NCBI GenBank assembly: GCA_043820925.1
Contig: JBDRDL010000059.1
Coordinates: forward strand, 1-12,220
Length of the DNA stretch: 12,220 bases
Direction: 5' to 3'
From: Methanobacteriota archaeon
Lineage (GTDB): Archaea; Hydrothermarchaeota; Hydrothermarchaeia; Hydrothermarchaeales; JACRDW01
A program made the translations under genes and the position numbers. This document shows positions 1-7,669 of the stretch, piece by piece (within the stretch, counting starts at the first letter, position 1; each line of letters opens with the position of its first letter). Below the pieces are notes generated by a model, which did no database searches, was not told where the DNA came from, and saw only the letters and a list, made by a program, of their open reading frames with translations.

Positions 1-1211
1 ACAACCGCCTCTGCAAACTCAGAAGTCTTTATTTCTTTTGCGCCTTCCATCTGCCTCGCTAAATCATAGGTTACTGTCTTCTGCTGGACTGTTTTTTTAA
101 TTCCCTCTTTTACTAAATCCGCAGCTTCTTTCCAGCCTATGTACTCTAAAAGCATTGCGCCGGAGAGGATTATCGAGCACGGATTGACTTTGTCGAGTCC
201 TGCGTATTTCGGGGCAGTGCCGTGTGTTGCCTCGAATACCGCAACGAAGTCGCCGATGTTTGCTCCAGGAGCCATTCCAAGACCGCCAACCTGCCCTGCC
301 GCAGCATCGCTCATGTAGTCTCCATTCAAATTCGGCATCGCAAGCACCTCGTACTCGCTCGTCCTCGTCAGCAGCTGCTGGAACATGTTGTCGGCAAGGC
401 GGTCTTTTATAACGAGCTTGCCTTCTGGCAATTTTTTGCCATATTTCTCCTGCAGCTCCTGCTCTGTTGTTATTCTGTCTCCAAACTCCTGCCTCGCTAC
501 TTCATAGCCCCAGTCCCGAAAAGCTCCCTCCGTATATTTCATTATATTGCCCTTGTGAACGAGCGTGACGCTCTTCCTCCCGTGCTCTATCGCATATTTT
601 ATTGCTTTCCTCACGAGCCTTTTAGTTCCGAATTCGCTTATCGGTTTTATTCCTATTCCTGAGGCTTCTCTTACCTTAATCCCAAACTCTTTGTTTAAAA
701 ATTCAATAACCTTCTCGGCTTCCTCGCTTCCACTCTTCCATTCTATTCCAGCATAGACGTCTTCGGTATTTTCCCTGAAAATTACGATATTCATGCTCGG
801 ATTTTTCATCGGCGAGGGAACACCTTCGATATAATAAACAGGTCTCACGCAGGCATATAGGTCGAGCTTCTGACGAAGCGCAACGTTCAGGCTTCTGAAG
901 CCGCCCCCTATCGGCGTGGTTAGAGGTCCCTTCAAGGCAACGACAAAATGTTCAATCGCTTTGAGGGTATCGCTTGGCAGCAGCTCTTCGTAGTTTTCCC
1001 TAGCTTTTTCTCCTGCGTAAATCTCGAGCCAGACCAGCTTTCTTCTCCCGCTATAGGCTTTTTCCACAGCAGCAGAAAGAACTTTCTTCGCAGCCGCAGT
1101 AATCTCGGGTCCTATTCCATCGCCTTCTATGAAAGGCACTACAGGATTCTCCGGAACTGCCAGCTTTCCGTTCACAACACTTATTTTCTCTCCTTCTTTT
1201 TCAAATTTCAT
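1..1211 (-). CDS. icd: Isocitrate dehydrogenase, NADP-dependent, homodimeric type (3' end truncated by window edge)
   Basis: Not in the ORF track because the stop lies outside the window. Manual translation from ATG at 1211: [37 protein letters not shown]...[31 protein letters not shown]...[13 protein letters not shown]...[17 protein letters not shown]...[10 protein letters not shown]...[12 protein letters not shown]...VTYDLAR...KTSEFAEAV. The KY in HGTAPKYAG and the Y/R in VTYDLAR are the NADP-specificity residues of the E. coli-type family. Confidence 0.97.
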   Translation of the reverse strand, partial: MKFEKEGEKISVVNGKLAVPENPVVPFIEGDGIGPEITAAAKKVLSAAVEKAYSGRRKLVWLEIYAGEKARENYEELLPSDTLKAIEHFVVALKGPLTTPIGGGFRSLNVALRQKLDLYACVRPVYYIEGVPSPMKNPSMNIVIFRENTEDVYAGIEWKSGSEEAEKVIEFLNKEFGIKVREASGIGIKPISEFGTKRLVRKAIKYAIEHGRKSVTLVHKGNIMKYTEGAFRDWGYEVARQEFGDRITTEQELQEKYGKKLPEGKLVIKDRLADNMFQQLLTRTSEYEVLAMPNLNGDYMSDAAAGQVGGLGMAPGANIGDFVAVFEATHGTAPKYAGLDKVNPCSIILSGAMLLEYIGWKEAADLVKEGIKKTVQQKTVTYDLARQMEGAKEIKTSEFAEAV

Positions 1212-1215
1212 GTTC

Positions 1216-1779
1216 TCACTTAGATTCTATGAGCTTTATAAAATATTCGTGCAGTCTATAATCGTTTGTCAATTCGGGATGAAACGTTGAGACCAGTAAG
1301 TTGCCCTGCCTCACAAGCACAGGAGCACCGTCATATTCTGCGAGTGCTTCCACGCTTTTTCCAATCCTTCTTATCACCGGCGCTCTTATGAAAACCCCCC
1401 TGAATAGCGTTTTTCCTAAAACAGGAATTTGAAGATCAGCTTCAAAACTTTCCTTCTGCCTGCCATAGGCATTCCTTTCAACGACGATGTCCACGAGCTT
1501 CATAGAGAATTGCTGCGCTGCGACGATTTCCTTGGCAAGCAGTATGGCACCTGCGCAGGTACCGAATATTGCAATTTTTTTTCTTTTAATCTCTTTATTG
1601 ATTCCGTATTTTACAATCAATTTTCCAATAGTCGTGCTCTCGCCGCCGGGCATAATCAGCCCGTCGATTGTTTCAAGTTCAGGAGCTCTCTTCACTATAA
1701 CCACTTCATCTGCGAGTTTCTTCACCATCGCAGCGTGCTCCGCAACGTCGCCCTGCAAGCTGAGAATTCCGATTCGCAT
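1216..1779 (-). CDS. pdxT: Pyridoxal 5'-phosphate synthase glutaminase subunit
   Basis: [26 protein letters not shown] (catalytic Cys), [23 protein letters not shown] (His-Glu of triad). Confidence 0.97.
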   Translation of the reverse strand: MRIGILSLQGDVAEHAAMVKKLADEVVIVKRAPELETIDGLIMPGGESTTIGKLIVKYGINKEIKRKKIAIFGTCAGAILLAKEIVAAQQFSMKLVDIVVERNAYGRQKESFEADLQIPVLGKTLFRGVFIRAPVIRRIGKSVEALAEYDGAPVLVRQGNLLVSTFHPELTNDYRLHEYFIKLIESK

Positions 1780-1804
1780 AGCTATTAGCTACTGCTCAAC
1801 GTCT

Positions 1805-1819
1805 AAAAAAATTTATAAG
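1805..1819. promoter_or_regulatory. Archaeal BRE/TATA element in the pdxT/minD divergent gap, possibly used in both directions
   Basis: AAAAAAATTTATAAG; TTTATAAG ends about 26 nt before ATG 1845 (+); reads TTATAAAT on minus about 32 nt before pdxT ATG 1779. Confidence 0.6.
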
Positions 1820-1844
1820 CCATATGAGAGATATCAAAACATCT

Positions 1845-2612
1845 ATGGGGCTATCTATAACTATTGCGTCAGGGAAGGGGGGTGTCGGCAAAACAGTTCT
1901 TACAGCCAGTCTTGGAGCAGCTATTGCAGGGTTCGGAAAGGATGTTACTGTATTGGATGCTGATATTGAGATGGCGAATTTAGAGCTTCACTTTGGCTTG
2001 GAAGGAATGAAGACAACGCTCTACGATGTCTTGCACGGTGATGCGAATATCAAAGATGCGGTTTATAAAAGTCCGGGCGGGGTTAAAGTCGTACCCAGCG
2101 GAATTTCTCTATACAAAGTAAGGAAGGCTGAGCTTGTAAAGCTAAAGGATATTTTAGAGGAGCTGCTTGAGAGCACAGATGTTTTGCTGATAGATGCGCC
2201 TCCTGGAATAGGGAGCGAGGTAGTCGCAGTTTTAGCAGCAGGGCAGGAGCTGCTGCTCGTTGTTACTCCTGAATTTACTTCGATGCCAGGCGCATTAAAA
2301 ACAAAAGAAGTAGCTAAGAAGCTTGGAGTTCATGTGCTCGGAGTTGTGGTGAACAGAGCAGGCTATAACGAGAGCGACTTAAAAGTGGAAGAGGTCGAAT
2401 CCATTCTCGGTCTTAAGGTCTTGGGAGTAGTGCCCGAGGATCTAGAGGTTAGGCTGAGCGTAGTAGCCGGGCAGCCAATAGTTATTAGAAGACCAGACTC
2501 CCCAGCAGCTCTTGCGATAAAGAAGCTTGCGGCAGAGCTAATAGGCGTGAAGTATGCTCCACCCACCCCAAAAAGTCTGCTGAGATTTTTCAGGCGAAAG
2601 GATGAAATATGA
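1845..2612 (+). CDS. minD: MinD-family ATPase (archaeal cell division ATPase MinD type)
   Basis: Deviant Walker A SGKGGVGKT, DADIEMANL, LLIDAPPG, GVVVNR, VPED, and basic/hydrophobic C-terminal KSLLRFFRRK resembling a membrane-targeting helix. Start moved from 1824 to 1845 (MGLSITIASGKGG) because of TATA spacing and family N-terminus. Confidence 0.9.
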   Translation: MGLSITIASGKGGVGKTVLTASLGAAIAGFGKDVTVLDADIEMANLELHFGLEGMKTTLYDVLHGDANIKDAVYKSPGGVKVVPSGISLYKVRKAELVKLKDILEELLESTDVLLIDAPPGIGSEVVAVLAAGQELLLVVTPEFTSMPGALKTKEVAKKLGVHVLGVVVNRAGYNESDLKVEEVESILGLKVLGVVPEDLEVRLSVVAGQPIVIRRPDSPAALAIKKLAAELIGVKYAPPTPKSLLRFFRRKDEI

Positions 2613-3025
2613 GGCTCTACATAGATGCCGATGTCTGGCTCAACTTCTGGCAGGATGAGATGCTTGGATTGATACCGGCTTCTCACTACGCAGAAGAACT
2701 ACTAGATAAGGCGCTCAGGATGAAGTGGATTATAGTAATCTCCGGAGTAGTCAAGGAGGAGATTTTGAAGAAGAAAATAGCGCTCGCAGATTTAGAAGAG
2801 AAATTGGATAGACTCAGGCAGGTAAACCTCTTGGAAGAGATCGAAGCTGAAAAAGAAGACGTTGAACTGTCAAAAAGAATTATCAGAGAAAGAGGCCTGC
2901 ATTTTCCAGACTCGCTCCATGCAGCCTTGGCAATAAGAGCCAAGGCGATAATAGTAACAAGAACCAAGCACTTTGAATTGGTAAAAAACTTGGTTGAGGT
3001 GAGAAAACCGGAGGATCTACTTTGA
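2609..3025 (+). CDS. PIN-domain (VapC-like) ribonuclease-fold protein
   Basis: 138 aa; YIDADVW (D6), ISGVVKEE (E51), FPDSLHAALA (D101), IVTRTKHF, C-terminal KPEDLL. ATGA overlap with the minD stop. Confidence 0.88.
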   Translation: MRLYIDADVWLNFWQDEMLGLIPASHYAEELLDKALRMKWIIVISGVVKEEILKKKIALADLEEKLDRLRQVNLLEEIEAEKEDVELSKRIIRERGLHFPDSLHAALAIRAKAIIVTRTKHFELVKNLVEVRKPEDLL

Positions 3026-3274
3026 CTGCTCCTGTCTTCTCTCTTTAATAGATTCCCCTGCCCACTTAGTTTCCAAACCCCTCTTCTTCAGATATTCTAA
3101 TGCTGCTTCTTCCCTTTCTTCCATTGTTAGTGGACCTGGTTTTATTTTCCCCTTCAGACTTCCTCTCTGCAGTCTAATATGCATTCTTGCAATCTCCCTA
3201 AGTGTATCTTCGTCCTTTGCTTTCTTGGCCATCTTGTCCAGTTCTAAAAGGAGTTTATCAGCCACTGCACTCAT
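3017..3274 (-). CDS. Small charged helical hypothetical protein, candidate antitoxin
   Basis: 85 aa, K/E/R-rich; starts 3 nt after the mptA stop with GAGGT Shine-Dalgarno-like motif upstream; fills the gap exactly and overlaps the PIN gene 3' end by 9 nt. Function is inference only. Confidence 0.7.
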   Translation of the reverse strand: MSAVADKLLLELDKMAKKAKDEDTLREIARMHIRLQRGSLKGKIKPGPLTMEEREEAALEYLKKRGLETKWAGESIKERRQEQSK

Positions 3275-3277
3275 GCC

Positions 3278-4165
3278 CTAACCTCTGTTTTTAACATCAT
3301 AAATCTTGCGGTTCAAACCAAATACCTCTCTCCTGAGTTCTTTCAGCGATGATATCCGCTCAGCAATCGCATTGTGCTGGTGTATGCTTTCGAAGCTTTC
3401 GCTCTTTACAAATACCATACATTCGTCTGGCAAATTTTTGTATCTGTGCGCCACGCTCACTAAAATTTTTCTAACAATATCCTCGACGAAGCTTGGATTT
3501 GCATGGCTTTTGAGCACCACGCTGATTTCGTCTTCTCTCTTCAGCACCTCGTAAATTTTTGAACTCATGGAGTTCTCCAGCATCTGAATTAGCTCGTCCA
3601 CATCCACGCTGTAACTTTCAGGCACTTCTATCAGCAGCTGGGAAACGTTTCTCTGGTTGTGGCTTGCGAGAGGAACGGTTTTAAGTATAGCTGCTACTTC
3701 TTCATTAGAAAATTTTTTTCCCAGCATTTTCTTCGAGTACTCTAAAAGACCTTCCTGAGCGCAGGGGCAGGAGGTCATTCCAGTAACCTCTGCGCCAATC
3801 ATCTTCCTTATCACGCCGTCCTCGCTTATCGCTCGCCCGAGAATCTTGTACATTTCCTGCGTTTTCTGACCGCTTGCAGGAGTTCTCCTGACTACAACAT
3901 ACTCAGCTTCCATGTCTATCTCAGCTCTTGTAGCGTGCGCATATTTCTCAAGCAGTTTCTTAATTATTCCAGCGCACATCTCTTCTAGAGCTGTTATTTT
4001 TTCGTTCAGGGCGTCGCTTATTATTTTGTTGGCAGTCTCGTGGAAGTTGGCACTCTTCCTCGCAGGGAAATTCATATATATATTTATCTTTGGAATAAGG
4101 ATTGCTACGCCTGTGCTTCGCTGTACTTCAACCAGCTTTTCCAGACCGAGTATTCCAATTTTCAT
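3278..4165 (-). CDS. mptA: GTP cyclohydrolase MptA / FolE2 (GCYH-IB family), divergent N-terminus
   Basis: GAEVTGMTSCPCAQE, SHNQR, LKREDE, NPSFVEDIVR, ESIHQHNAIAE; ATGA overlap with rfcS stop. Confidence 0.9.
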   Translation of the reverse strand: MKIGILGLEKLVEVQRSTGVAILIPKINIYMNFPARKSANFHETANKIISDALNEKITALEEMCAGIIKKLLEKYAHATRAEIDMEAEYVVVRRTPASGQKTQEMYKILGRAISEDGVIRKMIGAEVTGMTSCPCAQEGLLEYSKKMLGKKFSNEEVAAILKTVPLASHNQRNVSQLLIEVPESYSVDVDELIQMLENSMSSKIYEVLKREDEISVVLKSHANPSFVEDIVRKILVSVAHRYKNLPDECMVFVKSESFESIHQHNAIAERISSLKELRREVFGLNRKIYDVKNRG

Positions 4166-5121
4166 TTGACTCCCCTGCCAATGGAGACAAACTGCGCTAG
4201 GAGCGCTTCCATCTGTATCAGCTCGCTGCTGCCTTCTACTAGTCTGAAGTCGTACTCTCCGATTATATCTGCAAGCTTTATTTTAGCATCGTCTGGAATT
4301 TTTAACTTGAATACCTCTTTATGGAACTGCTCGATGGCGTCTTCCCCGCTCATTCCGTAAGTTATTATCAGCTCTCTGAGCCTTTCCCTCGCCTTCATGA
4401 AATCTCCTCCGAGCGCAGTCTCGAGTATCTCCCTTATATCTCCCGGTCGTGCCTTCGCAACCACCTTGTAGATCAACTCTTCGTTGATTTTTTTTCCAAA
4501 CGCACTTGCAGACTGGAGAAGGTTTATAGCCTTTCTCAAGTCACCCTCGGAAACGTAAAGAATAGCCCCCATACCGTCGCTCGTGACATCGAGCTTTTCT
4601 CCCCTCGCTATTTGCCTTATCTTTGATTCGATTTCTTCATTCTCAAGAGGTCTGAATCTAAATAAGGCGCACCTCGACTGTATGGGCTCGATTATTTTGC
4701 TGGAGTAGTTGCAGGAAAGTATGAACCTGCACGTGTTTGTGAACATCTCCATAGTACGCCGCATAGCATGCTGGGCATCTTTTGTTAGAGCATCTGCTTC
4801 ATCGAGAAAAATTATTTTAAAGTCGCCTCCAATCGCCTGCGTTCTGGCAAAGCTCTTTATCTTTCCCCTGACCACGTCTATACCTCGTTCGTCGCTTGCG
4901 TTTAATTCCAGAAAATTAGCCTTCCAATTTTTGCTAAACAATTCCTTTGCTAGAGCGATAGCTGCGGTCGTCTTTCCAGTTCCCGGCGGACCTGCAAAAA
5001 GCATGTTAGGCAAGTTGCGAGACTTCAGATAGCCAGCAAGCCTTTCCACAACTTCTTTCTGCCCAACGATTTCCTTAATCTTGTCTGGGCGATATTTTTC
5101 CACCCACATCGCTTCAATCAT
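4162..5121 (-). CDS. rfcS: Replication factor C small subunit (clamp loader), intein-free
   Basis: WVEKYRP, GPPGTGKTT, LELNASDERG, LDEAD, IQSRC, GDLRKAINLLQ. Start moved from TTG 5145 (inside the TATA box) to ATG 5121; ATG 5109 is an alternative. Confidence 0.97.
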   Translation of the reverse strand: MIEAMWVEKYRPDKIKEIVGQKEVVERLAGYLKSRNLPNMLFAGPPGTGKTTAAIALAKELFSKNWKANFLELNASDERGIDVVRGKIKSFARTQAIGGDFKIIFLDEADALTKDAQHAMRRTMEMFTNTCRFILSCNYSSKIIEPIQSRCALFRFRPLENEEIESKIRQIARGEKLDVTSDGMGAILYVSEGDLRKAINLLQSASAFGKKINEELIYKVVAKARPGDIREILETALGGDFMKARERLRELIITYGMSGEDAIEQFHKEVFKLKIPDDAKIKLADIIGEYDFRLVEGSSELIQMEALLAQFVSIGRGVK

Positions 5122-5142
5122 GTTGTTTAATTTCTCAACAAC

Positions 5143-5157
5143 CAATAAAACCTTTTC
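5143..5157 (-). promoter_or_regulatory. BRE/TATA for the rfcS-mptA-orphan operon
   Basis: Minus strand GAAAAGG-TTTTATTG ending about 22 nt before ATG 5121, consistent with a leaderless transcript. Confidence 0.6.
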
Positions 5158-5164
5158 TATGTAG

Positions 5165-5177
5165 TCAAATTAATAAA
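5165..5177 (+). promoter_or_regulatory. BRE/TATA for nfeD-stomatin
   Basis: TCAAA-TTAATAAA ending about 24 nt before ATG 5201. Confidence 0.45.
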
Positions 5178-5200
5178 TGTTAAATTTTATAGCACATATA

Positions 5201-6460
5201 ATGAAAAAAATTTACATTCTGATTCTTTTTTTGATATCCCTGAGCTGCGTTTATGCAGCCGAAGAGCAGGTTTACGTTCTCAAAGTAGAGGGCGTCATAG
5301 ACCCAATTGTGAGCGATTACATACGCAGAGGTATAAGCGCAGCTGAAAAGGAAAATGCAGTTTTGATAATCCAGCTGGATACTCCCGGCGGCTTGGACAC
5401 TTCAATGCGCAGCATCATACAGGATATACTAAATTCTGAAATTCCTGTCGTTGTTTACGTCCATCCTAAAGGTGCAAGGGCAGCCTCTGCTGGAAGCTTT
5501 ATTCTCGTTGCAAGCCACGTAGCAGCGATGACTCCTGGCACCAACGTCGGCGCTGCGCATCCGGTTGCGATGATGGGCAATACCAGCGTGTCAGAGAAAA
5601 TTGTGAACGATGCCGTTGCTTACATAAAGTCTGTAGCAGAGCTTAAGAAGCGAAATATTTCGCTGGCAGCGAGCTTTGTTTACAACAGCACTTCGATAAC
5701 AGCAACCGAGGCTTTGAATTTTGGCATCGCAGACGTAGTTGCCGAGAATTACGATTCTCTATTAAGCCAGTTAGACGGTCGCAAGATTGAGGTTAAATCA
5801 GGGGAGAGAATCCTGCGCACCAAGAACGCAGCGATGGCGGAGCTGCCGATGAGCGCAAGGGAGGAATTCCTGCACATAATTTCAAACCCAAACATAGCAT
5901 ACCTTTTATTTCTCGCTGGAATTTACGGAATAATCTTTGAGCTCTCCAATCCCGGAGCGATACTGCCCGGAGTAATAGGAGGAATATGCATACTCCTTGC
6001 CCTGTGGTCATTTCAGGCTCTCAGCGTAAGTGCAGCTGGCTTAGCGCTCATAATTTTCGCAATAGTCTTGTTCATAGCGGAGGTTATGGCACCAACTCAC
6101 GGCATCTTAGTAGCTGGAGGAATAATTGCGCTTTTCCTCGGCTCTATCATGCTCGTTAAGGAGCCTTTCATAAGAATTTCTTTAGGTGTCATTGCACCTG
6201 CAACTATATTCACAGCCCTCTTCTTCGCCTTTGCGATTGGCATGGCAATCAAAGCGCACAGGAGAAGACCCGCGACTGGGATAGAGGGAATGATTGGCTT
6301 GGTCGGAGTTGCGAGGGAAGAGCTATCCCCGGAGGGAAGTATTTTCATAAGAGGAGAGCTCTGGAGAGCGAGAGCGAAAGGCGAGGCAATTCAGAAAGAC
6401 AAAAAGATTAAAGTAGTAGATGCAGATAACTTAGTTTTAATAGTCGAGGAGGTGAAGTAA
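5201..6460 (+). CDS. nfeD: Long-form NfeD / stomatin operon partner protein (membrane-bound ClpP-class serine protease + TM region + OB fold)
   Basis: Signal peptide [32 protein letters not shown] (catalytic Ser), [20 protein letters not shown] (catalytic Lys); several TM helices; C-terminal GELWRA. Start placed at 5201 rather than 5177. Confidence 0.95.
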   Translation: MKKIYILILFLISLSCVYAAEEQVYVLKVEGVIDPIVSDYIRRGISAAEKENAVLIIQLDTPGGLDTSMRSIIQDILNSEIPVVVYVHPKGARAASAGSFILVASHVAAMTPGTNVGAAHPVAMMGNTSVSEKIVNDAVAYIKSVAELKKRNISLAASFVYNSTSITATEALNFGIADVVAENYDSLLSQLDGRKIEVKSGERILRTKNAAMAELPMSAREEFLHIISNPNIAYLLFLAGIYGIIFELSNPGAILPGVIGGICILLALWSFQALSVSAAGLALIIFAIVLFIAEVMAPTHGILVAGGIIALFLGSIMLVKEPFIRISLGVIAPATIFTALFFAFAIGMAIKAHRRRPATGIEGMIGLVGVAREELSPEGSIFIRGELWRARAKGEAIQKDKKIKVVDADNLVLIVEEVK

Positions 6461-7212
6461 TGGCATTTTTTGAATTTGCGGTTTTGGTCTTGGTTATCGT
6501 TGCACTTCTCAGCTCAGCGGTAAGGATTGTCAGAGAGTATGAGAGGGGAGTTGTGTTCAGATTGGGCAGACTCATAGGCGCAAAGGGACCTGGCTTATTT
6601 TTCCTGATACCAATCGTTGACAGGATGGTCAAGGTAGACCTGCGGACTGTTACTCTGGACGTTCCCTCGCAGGAAATTATAACGAGGGACAACGTTCCCT
6701 CGAGGGTCAATGCAGTCGTTTACTTCAGGATAGTGAATCCAGAAAACGCAATCGTTCAGGTTGAGAACTATCTCGCTGCAACCTCGCTTATCGCCCAGAC
6801 AACTCTGAGAAGCATCCTCGGCATGTCAGAATTGGATGAGCTGCTTGCAGAGCGCGAGAAGATAAATACGAAGCTTCAAAAAGTTATAGACGAGCAGACA
6901 GACCCCTGGGGGATTAAAGTTACGACCGTCGAGGTTAAAGACGTTGAGCTGCCCGAGAACATGAAGCGTGCGATGGCAAGACAGGCAGAGGCTGAGCGGG
7001 AGAGAAGAGCAAAGGTTATAGCTGCCCTGGGAGAAGCTCAAGCAGCAGAAAAGCTTGCGGAAGCAGCGGAAATAATAGGGAAGCATCCCGCTGCAATTCA
7101 GCTGCGCTTCCTGCAAACCGTTACAGAAGCAGCTTCAGAGAAAGCATCGACCTTCGTTATACCGGTGCCCATCGATATTCTGCAGGCATTCGTGAAGAAA
7201 AAGGAGAAGTAA
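6460..7212 (+). CDS. SPFH/band 7 stomatin-like protein (slipin)
   Basis: N-terminal hydrophobic segment, [76 protein letters not shown] and TAATG overlap with nfeD; the canonical nfeD-stomatin pair. Confidence 0.96.
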   Translation: MAFFEFAVLVLVIVALLSSAVRIVREYERGVVFRLGRLIGAKGPGLFFLIPIVDRMVKVDLRTVTLDVPSQEIITRDNVPSRVNAVVYFRIVNPENAIVQVENYLAATSLIAQTTLRSILGMSELDELLAEREKINTKLQKVIDEQTDPWGIKVTTVEVKDVELPENMKRAMARQAEAERERRAKVIAALGEAQAAEKLAEAAEIIGKHPAAIQLRFLQTVTEAASEKASTFVIPVPIDILQAFVKKKEK

Positions 7213-7263
7213 AGCCTTAGGCAGAAGCCTCATGGTAACGAAAACTTCATATATCATGCCAAA

Positions 7264-7533
7264 ATGGAGGCATGGACGAAGTTTGGGTATAAGGAGGGAT
7301 GGGATTACAACGATGCCCCATCTTTACACCAACTACTAAAGCACATAAAAGCTGTTGGTATAGTGGTGGATGATAAAGTCCGGTCTGACCCAAGTCTTGG
7401 GGCATGTTTAAAAGTTAAGTGGGTCTGGCATGGTCACGAAGCTATGGGTAAGATAGATGACAAATACAACGTTAGAAACATTACACTTTACGAGGAAGTT
7501 AACCCAATGTTGTTAAAACAGATGAAGCCATAA
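7264..7533 (+). CDS. Hypothetical protein, 89 aa (orphan or 5'-truncated gene fragment)
   Basis: Only sizeable ORF in this gap, protein-like composition with 4 Trp; no recognisable motif, no clear SD. Confidence 0.5.
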   Translation: MEAWTKFGYKEGWDYNDAPSLHQLLKHIKAVGIVVDDKVRSDPSLGACLKVKWVWHGHEAMGKIDDKYNVRNITLYEEVNPMLLKQMKP

Positions 7534-7627
7534 TATTTTATGGACTGACCTCCCAATATATTTGCAGTTCCTCTATCATGCCCAAATCTCCTCCGGCACC
7601 TCGTAAACACCGGCCGTTCAGTAAATA

Positions 7628-7665
7628 TTTATAAAGTTATAAATTTATATTTTTATAAAAGGTGA
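7628..7665 (+). promoter_or_regulatory. TATA-containing palindromic operator/promoter and SD of the VapBC operon
   Basis: TTTATAAA-gt-TATAAATTTATA-tt-TTTATAAA (7628-7659, 28 of 32 positions self-complementary) followed by AAGGTGA just before ATG 7670. Confidence 0.7.
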
Positions 7666-7669
7666 TTTT

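Noticed and set aside
222..1223. Plus-strand ORFs 222..662, 224..412, 565..756, 948..1223
   Set aside because: Antisense shadows of icd, which the ORF track missed because its stop is outside the window.
1824..1844. minD start at 1824
   Set aside because: Only about 5 nt after the TATA box; ATG 1845 fits promoter spacing and the family N-terminus.
1429..1963. Plus-strand ORFs 1429..1788 and 1487..1963
   Set aside because: Antisense to pdxT or out of frame in minD; no motifs.
4162..5121. Possible intein in rfcS
   Set aside because: Normal length and contiguous motifs around GKTT and LELNASD.
5122..5200. Extended starts for rfcS (TTG 5145) and nfeD (ATG 5177)
   Set aside because: Both fall within the predicted TATA elements; downstream ATGs fit better.
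5201..7212. nfeD-stomatin as a novel system
   Set aside because: Well-described conserved prokaryotic gene pair.
7365..7390. TGGATGA-11 nt-CTGA resembling half of a box C/D sRNA, and AAAGTCC resembling RNase P RNA
   Set aside because: No second C/D pair at the right spacing; RNase P conserved regions and GC-rich helices are absent.
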